Source of the DNA: an uncultured Thermococci archaeon
GTDB lineage: Archaea; Methanobacteriota_B; Thermococci; Thermococcales; Thermococcaceae
Assembly (NCBI GenBank): GCA_964615185.1
Contig: CAZTOS010000023.1
Location: 1-29,928, forward strand
DNA: 29,928 nt
Direction: 5' to 3'
Part shown: piece by piece, positions 1-8,469 of the stretch
How the letters are laid out: the number at the start of each line of letters is the position of its first letter
How positions within the stretch are numbered: position 1 is the stretch's first letter
Notes under the pieces: model-generated
Database searches by the model: none
What the model was told of the DNA's origin: nothing
Seen by the model: only the letters and a program-made list of their open reading frames with translations
Program-made: the position numbers and the translations under genes

Positions 1-93
1 TTAGGCTGTTATCTTGTGTTTACAGGAATGCAGTAACGGCTTATCAACGATGTTGGGGACTCTATCAAACTTTTCCTCAAGGCAAAAATTAGG

Positions 94-108
94 GATTTTT
101 ATAAGACC
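94..108. repeat. IS target-site duplication, left copy (GATTTTTATAAGACC)
   Basis: Identical to 1062-1076 and abuts the left inverted repeat. Confidence 0.93.
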
Positions 109-1061
109 TGTTGTATCCCGAAATTATTTCGCTAGGTATATTAAGCATAAAGGCATGAAGCTTGATGAGGATAAGGTCAGGCTAATAATAGTGCTGCACG
201 AGAGGGTCGGATTCAACACAAAAACAATCAGTAAACACGTGAAAACCTCCAGAAGAAGAGTCCAGCAAATAATCAGACAATATAAACTCTCTGGAAAAAT
301 CCCAGAGCTCAAAAAACCCGGAAGAAAACCAAAACTAATCCCAAACAGTACCAAAAACTTAATCCTGAAAGCCTACTCAGAATCACAATACCAGGGCCCA
401 GTACACTTAGAGAAATGGATTGAGGAGCATTATGGAATTCATATTCCCCACAACACGATTTACAAGGTTTTGAAGGAGGCTGGTCTCGTGAGACAGTCAA
501 AACGCCGGAAAAAGCCTCGCAGGTTTGAGGCCGAGCATTCTAACCAACTCTGGCAGATGGACTGGTAACCTGGAAGGGTGGGCAGAAATACTTGATCAGT
601 GTTATGGATGAGAGGATGATTTTGGGTTTTGGGTTGTTTGATGAGATGACTGGGGAGAATGCGATTAAGGTTCTTTCTGAGGCTATTGCTGAATTCGGCC
701 TGCCGGAGGCGGTTTTGACTGATAATGGGGCTCAGTTTGTGGCTAGGAGGGGTGGGCGGAGTAAGTTTCAGGAGTTTTTGGCTGGGTTGGGGGTCGGGCA
801 TGTTAGGGCTTCTGTGCGGCATCCTCAGACTTTAGGGAAGATCGAGAGGTTTCATAGGACTGTTGAGGAAAAGGCTGTGTTTTTTGATGATTTTGAGGAG
901 TTTGTCTGGTGGTATAATTGGGATAAGCCGCATAGGGGCTTGAATTATGATCTGCCTGGGCGGGTTTATCTGCGAAAGGCTCCTGTTGAGTTGAAGCTGT
1001 GGTGGTTGTTTCGGGGGGTGAGTGCAGTATGAATACCGCGAAAAAATTTCAGGATACAACA
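109..1061 (+). mobile_element. IS481-family insertion sequence (ISA0963-like), 953 bp
   Basis: Terminal inverted repeats TGTTGTATCCCGAAATTATTTCGC (109-132) and GCGAAAAAATTTCAGGATACAACA (1038-1061) match at 22/24 and give TGT...ACA ends. A perfect 15-bp direct repeat flanks the element, and it encodes an HTH + rve-type DDE transposase. Confidence 0.93.
155..1032 (+). pseudogene. IS481-family DDE transposase, frameshifted at about 566
   Basis: ATG155 starts an HTH region running to RRFEAEHSNQLWQMDW-stop. The protein continues in another frame (TWKGGQKYLISVMDE...LTDNGAQF...HPQTLGKIERFHRT...YNWDKPH), which are integrase-core motifs. A 1-nt deletion at about 566 explains the break. Confidence 0.88.
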
Positions 1062-1076
1062 GATTTTTATAAGACC
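1062..1076. repeat. IS target-site duplication, right copy (GATTTTTATAAGACC)
   Basis: Identical to 94-108 and abuts the right inverted repeat. Confidence 0.93.
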
Positions 1077-1122
1077 CCCATATCTTCCGTTAGATTATCC
1101 AGGCAAGCATCTCAGAAATGAA

Positions 1123-1198
1123 TGGTAGCCCCGCGGGGATTCGAACCCCGGTCGCGGGATCCAAAGTCCCGCATGCTTGGCCGCTACACCACGGGGCT
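1123..1198 (-). tRNA. tRNA-Gln(UUG)
   Basis: Reverse complement AGCCCCGTGGTGTAGCGGCCAAGCATGCGGGACTTTGGATCCCGCGACCGGGGTTCGAATCCCCGCGGGGCTACCA folds as a cloverleaf with anticodon TTG, a GTTCGAAT T-loop and an encoded CCA. Confidence 0.97.
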
Positions 1199-1224
1199 GC
1201 CCGATAGATTGAAGTGAGGGTGAA

Positions 1225-1232
1225 TTTATAAA
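1225..1232 (-). promoter_or_regulatory. TATA box of tRNA-Gln
   Basis: TTTATAAA about 27-34 nt upstream of the tRNA 5' end. Confidence 0.65.
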
Positions 1233-1292
1233 CCTTACCTTTATCCTTATTCCAAAAGAGAATCAAAAAAGTTTATGGCAAAACTCCTGAGG

Positions 1293-1973
1293 TCAAAAGA
1301 TAATCTCCTCCCCAGCTCCCAAGGAGAACTCCGAAAGCACCTTATCAAAGTCACTCTCCGCTGTAAATATGAATCCGCAAGTGTCACACTTCAATGCAAG
1401 ACCTTCTACTCTGAGCGGGGAAAAGCATATGGGGCATCTATATTCTTTCTCCTCCAGCTCTCCAAAAACTTCATCAAGCATGACCAAAATTTTCAACTCA
1501 TTTTCCCAGTCCTCATGAACCATTCCCCAGTAAGGAATTGATATCGGAACCCTATCCTCAAGAATCAATGCATTAATCCCAATGCTCCTAATCTTTGGAG
1601 GCAGTTTTTGTGCAGGCTCGATTGAAACAACATCCTGATCATAAAACTCAATGTGCTGGGCTCGAATTGTTATACCCGAAGAAAGCCTTTTGTTCAGAGG
1701 ATAAAGCTGAATAAATAGGGCATTTTCTGGCTCAAAGTAAGCGGTCAAGCCAAGGTTTTTCTTCTTGAAGAAATAGACATGGGTTTCATCGTCAACACTT
1801 TCTCCAGCCAATGAGAATCCAAGCTTAGCCAAAGCCCTTTTCAAGAAGAGGGGCTTGGGAAAAGAACCCCTAACCAAGAGATGCTCCCCTACCCAGCCGG
1901 CTAAAGGCATTGAGTATCCTATAAAGTACTGCCTCTGCACGCGAAGATAAGCAATGCTCGGGATTAGCTTCAT
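1293..1973 (-). CDS. Hypothetical protein with C-terminal Zn-ribbon
   Basis: 226-aa ORF directly downstream of DP2 with CPIC...CDTC motifs. Confidence 0.8.
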   Translation of the reverse strand: MKLIPSIAYLRVQRQYFIGYSMPLAGWVGEHLLVRGSFPKPLFLKRALAKLGFSLAGESVDDETHVYFFKKKNLGLTAYFEPENALFIQLYPLNKRLSSGITIRAQHIEFYDQDVVSIEPAQKLPPKIRSIGINALILEDRVPISIPYWGMVHEDWENELKILVMLDEVFGELEEKEYRCPICFSPLRVEGLALKCDTCGFIFTAESDFDKVLSEFSLGAGEEIIF

Positions 1974-2012
1974 AACAAAAATAAAAAGGTGTTAAAATTT
2001 ATAGCACTTTCG

Positions 2013-5000
2013 CTAAGTTCCAAAAAACTCATCCAAACTGACGACTTTCTTTTTCTTCTTAGGCTTATGTTTCCCAGACTTTTCAGACTTATGAGTCTGT
2101 GTTTTAGTGGGTTCTGCCTTCTTCTCAACTTTTTTTGGGGTTTCTACTTTCTTTTGGGCTTTCTTCCCTTTTCCATTGAATTCATCAAGATAACCGTTCT
2201 TAGCAACAACTTTTCCTGTCCTTTCTGCAATCATTCTGTCGCAGATATCATTTGTATTTAATGCCAACAGAGTTCTCTGAGTTTCAGGGAAAACATTTGC
2301 AAATAACGTTTTAATGTCCTTCTCCGTTAAGCATATACGCTGTCTCGTGTATGTAAGGACATCATAATTCGTAACCAGCAGTTTTGCCGTTGGAAGATAC
2401 TTTTCAATAGCACCTTTGCTGACTGTTAGGACTATCTTTCCACCACATTTTGGACATTTTCCGCTCAGTGGAGGCCTCCTGTACTTGGTGTTACACTTCA
2501 CACATCTAAACTCCTGCCTTGTGAAGCTCCTTAGGTTACCCCTCAGATCTGGAATTAAATGAGAGTTGATTATCGTCTCAGCAACGTGATGCTCGTTAAC
2601 TGCTCTAATTTTTTCAGCTAAAGTTAATTGCTGTCTAACTTTTTCCTCCATATCTCCTAACTGCTTATATTTGCTTAGCTTTGGTCCAAGAGCCATGTCA
2701 TCGGTGTCATGGGTAAACTTTAAGCCTTCATACACCTCTGGCTTCCCTAATCTATCCTCAACCCTTTCAATAACCCCGACAAGTTCCTTCGGAGATTTAA
2801 GTTCATATGTTGCTTCATAGAATTCAAGCGGATAATAACGAGCAATGTCCATGTTATGAACTTCACTGTCAACTTCTCTTGGATCAAGCCTTGTAGTTAC
2901 GACAAGAGGCGCATCCATTTTTCCTCCACGTTTTTCTGGCAAATAAAAGCGGGAGAAATTGAGAAGTGCATCCATAAGTAACATTACACTGTCTTCGTCG
3001 CCATCACATTGGGATGTCACAATATTTTCATTTATTATAACATTATGATATATTTTGGCATTTAAAGAGAATACAAAGTCATCAATTGGCTTGACATATT
3101 CAACACGCTTAACTTTCACGTTAAGGGGTTTTTCATCTACATCAGAGATAACTATCATTACGTCTCCTTCTTTCACCTCAAAAGCCCTCTTCTTAATGAG
3201 CTTTCCATTCTCGTAGACGAGCACCGGATGATCAATCGTCGTTTCAAAGCTTCTGCCCAGCTCAAGTTCAAATCTTATAAGGTGATCAGTTGAAGGAACT
3301 TTAACCACGTCTTCAATGTTAGTTAGAACTACTTTTCCGCTCTCTTCGTCAAAGGAATAAACTTTGATATCTACCTTTGGCTTTTTTCTCACATATGCCA
3401 TGTTCTCATAGCTTTCTTCTTCAAATAGCTCATATAGCTCTCTGAGTGTTATCCTCTGAGGCATTCCGTTGATCTGAATAAGTATTCTGGTATCACCGGG
3501 GAAACAGTTCCTCCTCTTTGCAGCGTGATAATACGGATGGGCATAGCCCACAAGAGCATCAACAAACCCTACAATCCTTCCAATGATTCCAGCGGATGTA
3601 TGCGGAGCTAAGCCTATGACAAGATGACCAATCAAGTCCTCCATCTTCTCGACGTTGTAGAACCTCGGCAATCCATAAAACCTCTCAAGCAGGTCATCTA
3701 TGAACTTTGCAACCCTTACAAGATACTTTCCAGCCTCTTTAGAAAGGATAACATCTTGAACTTTGAGCTCAACTATCTGATCTTCACTAACCAAAGGCTT
3801 TCCTTCAAAGTCATGAGTATAGCCGAGCTCTCTTAACTTTTCAACGCTGACTCCAATCTCTCTCGGCTTGAAGTGAGTTATTGGGGCATCTGTTGCATCG
3901 AAACGAATTGTACCATCCTTGAACACATAAACATCGTTCTTAGCCCTCAAAATTCCCTTCTCTAAGGGCTCCGGCACTTTGTGGGCTGAAGTCATACCCA
4001 TGACACCCTTGAGCTTATCAAGAGTATTCACTCTCACATTCTGCATTGCCTGTTTTACAAGCTGAGACGGATTTATAGTCTTTTTGACATAAGCCCTCAT
4101 CTCAATGCCGCACTTTGGACAGATGGTTTCCTCAGTTGAGCTATAGTTACATTTTGGACATCTGTACAGCAGTTTAGCCTCAGATCCACACATTGGACAG
4201 GTTGGGAAGATATCAACATAACCGCAGTTGGTGCACTTGAACTGGGCAATCTCAACCTCAGCGAGCTTCCCTTCCTGTGCCGCCTTGTAGATGTCTCTTG
4301 AGCTACCGCCAGCCAAACCAATCGGGAAGAGGACGTGAACCGGTGGCTTCATCTTTCTTTCTTTAGCCTTTTCAGGCCTTCCCATTCTCGCACCAATCCA
4401 GCTTATCCCTCTGTCCCTGAGCTTTACCTCACTGATTTCATTGATTATGTCAATAGAGGTGTAGAACTCCTTTGGCTCAAGTCTTTTCTCCAAGTTAGCC
4501 AATGGAGTAAGCAGAGCAGCGCTCCAGGGATACTCGATGATTACGCTCCCGTCCTCAACCCTGTGAGGTAAGCCGAGCAGTTCAAGGTAGCGCTTGCCCT
4601 TTCCTCCAAGCACTTCAAGGCTTATCACAACTTTTTTGGCATATTTTGTTCCAAGATACTTATCCCACTCAACCTCAGCATTGACAAGAAGGCTTTGAAG
4701 TTCAGCGACTTCCTCTGGCTTGAGGGTGTTCCAGTAGAGAGTGTAGTATGGATGGAGAGGAATGTCAAGAACCTTTGAGAGGTGTATTGCCTCCTCAACT
4801 TTGGGTCTAATTTTCAGAGGGTCTTTCAGAAGCTCTGCCAAGAATTCTGGTTTTAAGTCAAGATAATCAGCGGCTTCTTCAACTGCCTCTTCATCATTTT
4901 CAGCAAAGGGCTTGAGAGGTACTTCATATATGTCTTCAACTGCTTTCACAAACTCCTGAATCCACCATTCTTCAACATAATTAGCTGGAAGTAAAGTTTG

Positions 5001-6359
5001 ATTGTTCTCTACAAAGTCTCCAAACGCTATAATTGCATCACCCAAGTAGAGAATTTCTTCAACTTGGTCTCTAATCTTTAAAGCGAAATAGTAATCGTCA
5101 ACCTTAACAACAGAGCCATCCTTGAGCTTAACGATTGGGCCTTCTGCTGTTGTAGCAGGGGTAACTATACAGCCCTTACCGGGCCTCTCAGTCTTCATCT
5201 GTGTACCCACAGCCAAGAATTCATCAACAAGAATCATGACTGCTGGGTTTATGCTCCAAGTTGCAAATCCACTCACCCTTGAACGGCCATATCTTAAACG
5301 GAAGCCACCATTTTCCGATGGCTCTGCAAATAATGGTCTTCCCCCAATAATTTCCTTTGTGTATTTGTTATTTGGAGCAATATTAGTCTTGAATTTTTCA
5401 TAAAGTTCATAATAAAAGCCCTTTTTGACCTTTGCAGAAGTTTGTATCTCAGTCTCTTCTGCTTTTGATTTCTCTGATTCCTCTTTTGTCTCAGCTTTTT
5501 CCTCACCTTTCTCCTTTGCCTCAACGAACTCCTTGAGCCACTCCCAGCCTTCAATACCCATTTTATCAATGTATTTAATCAGCTTCTTCGCTTTTTGGAG
5601 TACACCTTCCGCTAAAACGAGAATTGCTCCACCTCTGAGCTGGTTTGTCTCAACTCCCGGAACATCTCTGTGGGAAACCTCAACATCATCAGTCGCTTCA
5701 CCGGTTATCTCAACTGGAATATTCTGCATAGCCAACCTCACTTCATCCGCTGAAGGGTGATACTGCAAACGAGTAACAGCTCTGTGATACAAATCAACTT
5801 CTTCAACCATTCTCTCTATGTGCTTCTCTGTGGGCTTAAAGCGATCCAAGCCAAGCTTCTTCCTAACGTAGTCACCAACGAGAACGCTCAACGCCTGAGC
5901 AGTTCCACCAGAACTTCTGATTGGACCGGCGTAATAGAGAGCTAAATACTCAGTCCCATCGGAATTCTTCTTGATTTTGACCTGAGCTATGCCTTCAATC
6001 GGGGCAGAAACTATACCTTCTGTCAGAATAGCCAGTGCAGTTCTAACAGCCTGCTCCGCCAGCTTTTCTTTACTATCAAACTTTCCGAATTTACCTTCAA
6101 TGATTTCGTCAACAATTTTAAGAGCGGCAGGCTCTTTACCATACTCTCTCGCAAGTTCTCTAATCCTCTCTGCAACACCTTTTGGACCAACTAAGCTTTC
6201 AACACGGCCCGCCATATCCATTGCTTGAGGAATTTCAACATCTCTGACAGGGTCTTTTCCCTGAGCTCTCGCTTCCTTGGCTATTTCATAAGCCTTATCA
6301 ATTTCCTTCTGCAACATTTCAAAATAAGCTTTCATTTCATCACTGTAAAGCTCGCTCAT
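2013..6359 (-). CDS. polC: DNA polymerase D (Pol II) large subunit DP2, intein-containing
   Basis: Motifs YYAGPIRSSGGTAQALSV, GARMGRPEKAK, FKDGTIRFD, catalytic KRRN/CDGDED split by an intein, Zn fingers and a C-terminal PIP-like SLDEFF. Confidence 0.98.
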   Translation of the reverse strand: MSELYSDEMKAYFEMLQKEIDKAYEIAKEARAQGKDPVRDVEIPQAMDMAGRVESLVGPKGVAERIRELAREYGKEPAALKIVDEIIEGKFGKFDSKEKLAEQAVRTALAILTEGIVSAPIEGIAQVKIKKNSDGTEYLALYYAGPIRSSGGTAQALSVLVGDYVRKKLGLDRFKPTEKHIERMVEEVDLYHRAVTRLQYHPSADEVRLAMQNIPVEITGEATDDVEVSHRDVPGVETNQLRGGAILVLAEGVLQKAKKLIKYIDKMGIEGWEWLKEFVEAKEKGEEKAETKEESEKSKAEETEIQTSAKVKKGFYYELYEKFKTNIAPNNKYTKEIIGGRPLFAEPSENGGFRLRYGRSRVSGFATWSINPAVMILVDEFLAVGTQMKTERPGKGCIVTPATTAEGPIVKLKDGSVVKVDDYYFALKIRDQVEEILYLGDAIIAFGDFVENNQTLLPANYVEEWWIQEFVKAVEDIYEVPLKPFAENDEEAVEEAADYLDLKPEFLAELLKDPLKIRPKVEEAIHLSKVLDIPLHPYYTLYWNTLKPEEVAELQSLLVNAEVEWDKYLGTKYAKKVVISLEVLGGKGKRYLELLGLPHRVEDGSVIIEYPWSAALLTPLANLEKRLEPKEFYTSIDIINEISEVKLRDRGISWIGARMGRPEKAKERKMKPPVHVLFPIGLAGGSSRDIYKAAQEGKLAEVEIAQFKCTNCGYVDIFPTCPMCGSEAKLLYRCPKCNYSSTEETICPKCGIEMRAYVKKTINPSQLVKQAMQNVRVNTLDKLKGVMGMTSAHKVPEPLEKGILRAKNDVYVFKDGTIRFDATDAPITHFKPREIGVSVEKLRELGYTHDFEGKPLVSEDQIVELKVQDVILSKEAGKYLVRVAKFIDDLLERFYGLPRFYNVEKMEDLIGHLVIGLAPHTSAGIIGRIVGFVDALVGYAHPYYHAAKRRNCFPGDTRILIQINGMPQRITLRELYELFEEESYENMAYVRKKPKVDIKVYSFDEESGKVVLTNIEDVVKVPSTDHLIRFELELGRSFETTIDHPVLVYENGKLIKKRAFEVKEGDVMIVISDVDEKPLNVKVKRVEYVKPIDDFVFSLNAKIYHNVIINENIVTSQCDGDEDSVMLLMDALLNFSRFYLPEKRGGKMDAPLVVTTRLDPREVDSEVHNMDIARYYPLEFYEATYELKSPKELVGVIERVEDRLGKPEVYEGLKFTHDTDDMALGPKLSKYKQLGDMEEKVRQQLTLAEKIRAVNEHHVAETIINSHLIPDLRGNLRSFTRQEFRCVKCNTKYRRPPLSGKCPKCGGKIVLTVSKGAIEKYLPTAKLLVTNYDVLTYTRQRICLTEKDIKTLFANVFPETQRTLLALNTNDICDRMIAERTGKVVAKNGYLDEFNGKGKKAQKKVETPKKVEKKAEPTKTQTHKSEKSGKHKPKKKKKVVSLDEFFGT
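3009..3506 (-). mobile_element. Mini-intein (166 aa) in DP2 with C-terminal Gln
   Basis: KRRN|CFPGDTRIL...TTIDHPV...HNVIINENIVTSQ|CDGDED; blocks A, B, F and G are present and there is no endonuclease domain. Confidence 0.95.
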
Positions 6360-6362
6360 TCA
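6356..6362 (-). repeat. 7-bp direct repeat TGAATGA at the DP2 start (R-M cassette boundary)
   Basis: The same 7-mer occurs at 8463-8469 over the DP1 stop. Confidence 0.6.
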
Positions 6363-6365
6363 TGC

Positions 6366-7154
6366 TCACCTCTCTCCAGTAATTAATCTCTTCGTAATTT
6401 CTTTGCCCCGCTCCTCACCAAATTTTCTAAACAGCTTGAGTAACTCATTATATGTACCATCTCCACCGATAAAGTCCCAGAATTCTGAGCCTATTAAGAC
6501 CTCATTGTTTAAATCAAAATACATCTTAGTGAAGCTCCACCTATAATTTGATTTTTCTTCTCCATAGGGGTTATATGGAAGAGCGTAGTAGGTCTTGGCA
6601 TTTTCATATGTTGCAAGCAGATAAAGAAATTTCTCCTTCGTTCTACGGGTTTGATCCTTATTAGGCTTCGGTGATTTGATTTCAATGAAATAATGAATTT
6701 TACCATCATAAAGATACAAATCGACAACTATCGTCTTTTTTGCATTGTCCGTTGGTTTTGGAAGAGAAACAGGATATGGCGGGACTTTTTTCGAAATCAC
6801 ATCCTCCAAAAATTTATCAACAAAAGATTGAACGTTTGAAGATGCCATTGCTTTGAATGGTGCGTTTCTTAGAACTTTGTTCCATCTTCCGCTGTCTTCT
6901 GCTACTATCCTTGCTATATATTCAAAAACACCCTGTCCCAAAGAAGTTGAAAATGACCTGAAAAAGCTTTGCATCCTAAGCAATTCTTTTGGAATCAATG
7001 CCATATGAAATGGTTTGTAGTTTCCCCGTTTTGGATCAAATAGTATTTTTTCCAAAACTTCATCTTTCAGCACTTTGGGATCGTACTTATTTATTAAGCC
7101 CTGCATGAATCCTTCAAGATAGACCCATATCTTCTCTTTTGTGGATTTCTTCAT
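6366..7154 (-). CDS. Type II restriction endonuclease (TdeIII/MjaII-like, PD-(D/E)xK)
   Basis: Motifs KPFH..., RSFSTSLGQ, VDLY...IEIKSPKPNK, YYALPYNPYG and GSEFWDFIGG are typical of the RE_TdeIII family; adjacent to a methyltransferase. Confidence 0.85.
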   Translation of the reverse strand: MKKSTKEKIWVYLEGFMQGLINKYDPKVLKDEVLEKILFDPKRGNYKPFHMALIPKELLRMQSFFRSFSTSLGQGVFEYIARIVAEDSGRWNKVLRNAPFKAMASSNVQSFVDKFLEDVISKKVPPYPVSLPKPTDNAKKTIVVDLYLYDGKIHYFIEIKSPKPNKDQTRRTKEKFLYLLATYENAKTYYALPYNPYGEEKSNYRWSFTKMYFDLNNEVLIGSEFWDFIGGDGTYNELLKLFRKFGEERGKEITKRLITGER

Positions 7155-7164
7155 TTGTCATCCC

Positions 7165-8466
7165 TCATTTCTGAAGGAAGATTAAATACTCAAATCTTAA
7201 CCTAGCAAACCCTCCCAAAATTGCCCTCTCGAGAGCAAAAGTTTCTTGACATCCGAGTTCTTGACCCCAATTTAAGATTTTTTCTTTAAAGTTAGTTCTT
7301 GTGCCATTTATGCTTATATCCCCAAGCACCACAACTGCCCATCCTCCCGGTTTAAGAACACGGACCATTTCCTCAATGCTCTTCTTTAAATCCCTCTCAT
7401 ACAAAATCAGCTTTTCCTTGCCTTTTCCTTTCAGCCCGATCATCTGGTCCCTCAAAGCACTTATGTCAATACCAAAATATGTAAGCAGATGTTCATCATT
7501 TTTTATGTAATCCAGGGCAATGCTGTACGGGGGAGAGGTAACTATCGCTTTGACGGTGTTATCCTTGTAAGGAAGGCTGAGCGTGGAACCTATTATCACA
7601 TCATATTCACCCAGCCTTATTCCAAGACGGTTTATAACCTCGTAGGCCCCGCTGAGAGTTTTTAGATAGTCTTTAAGATTTTGATAGAAAAACTCTTGGA
7701 GTGCTTTTTCTTTTCGGGTTCCTTTTAGGTAAGTATAATCCGAGAGAGCATGCAGGTAGATGAGCATTAATATGTTTCTCCATTCCAACGGCAAATCATG
7801 AAAAGGCGATTTTGAGAAGTATGAATCCCACAAAAGTTCTAAGAGATCCTTAGCATGCATATGTTCATCAACTGTCGGCTTTATGGAATTCTTAGGAACT
7901 TTCAGATTTTTGAAGTATTTAAATGCCTTGTTTATCAGATCTGGAGTTAATGTCTTTGAAAACTCTGGATAGTTGATTTTAAGGGCATCCAGCTTTATCT
8001 GGGATATAACAGCCAACGCAGGATTGATTTCAACGCCCCATCCGGGCAATTCCAATAGTGTGCTCTCAATTAGGGTCGTCCCCGAGCCAAGATACGGATC
8101 GAGAACCACATCGCCATCACGAGCATTTGCAAAGTTTATTAATGCTTTAATCATCTGTCCATGAAATTTGCCTTTGTACGGATAAAACCAGTGGGTCATG
8201 TACTGATTTGTATGCCCAATCTGACCCTTTCCTTTAACAGAGCTGATATAATAGTGCCAGCTTTTTCTTCCAAAGATTTCCTCAAAATATGCTGCTCTTT
8301 TTACAAATTCATCCAAATCGGATGAGAAATTGAGAAACTCCATTTTAGCCAACTGAAGTTCATAAAGCTGTTTGGCGTCATCAAAAAGCCTAAGCTCATC
8401 TGATGAGTACGCTCCCTCCGTAATCCATTTCATTATGTCAATTTTGCTATATATGCTTTCCATCAT
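7165..8466 (-). CDS. Amino-type DNA methyltransferase (probably m4C, alpha motif order)
   Basis: THWFYPYKGKF, SAM-binding motif I DPYLGSGTT, then catalytic motif IV TSPPY, and RVLKPGG. The start overlaps the DP1 stop (ATGA). Confidence 0.9.
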   Translation of the reverse strand: MMESIYSKIDIMKWITEGAYSSDELRLFDDAKQLYELQLAKMEFLNFSSDLDEFVKRAAYFEEIFGRKSWHYYISSVKGKGQIGHTNQYMTHWFYPYKGKFHGQMIKALINFANARDGDVVLDPYLGSGTTLIESTLLELPGWGVEINPALAVISQIKLDALKINYPEFSKTLTPDLINKAFKYFKNLKVPKNSIKPTVDEHMHAKDLLELLWDSYFSKSPFHDLPLEWRNILMLIYLHALSDYTYLKGTRKEKALQEFFYQNLKDYLKTLSGAYEVINRLGIRLGEYDVIIGSTLSLPYKDNTVKAIVTSPPYSIALDYIKNDEHLLTYFGIDISALRDQMIGLKGKGKEKLILYERDLKKSIEEMVRVLKPGGWAVVVLGDISINGTRTNFKEKILNWGQELGCQETFALERAILGGFARLRFEYLIFLQK

Positions 8467-8469
8467 TCA
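8463..8469 (-). repeat. 7-bp direct repeat TGAATGA at the DP1 stop / MTase start
   Basis: The same 7-mer occurs at 6356-6362. Confidence 0.6.

Noticed and set aside
14..154. N-terminal extension of the transposase ORF in the ORF track
   Set aside because: It crosses the IS left end at 109; the real start is ATG155.
560..592. Programmed frameshift in the transposase
   Set aside because: There is no slippery run at the break, it falls just after the first catalytic Asp, and IS481 transposases are normally single ORFs. A 1-nt deletion is the simpler explanation.
1100..1198. tRNA-Gln as the att site of an SSV-type split integrase or provirus
   Set aside because: The tRNA-antisense frame typical of such integrases has a stop (TGG TAG), and I see no duplicated tRNA fragment or integrase in the window.
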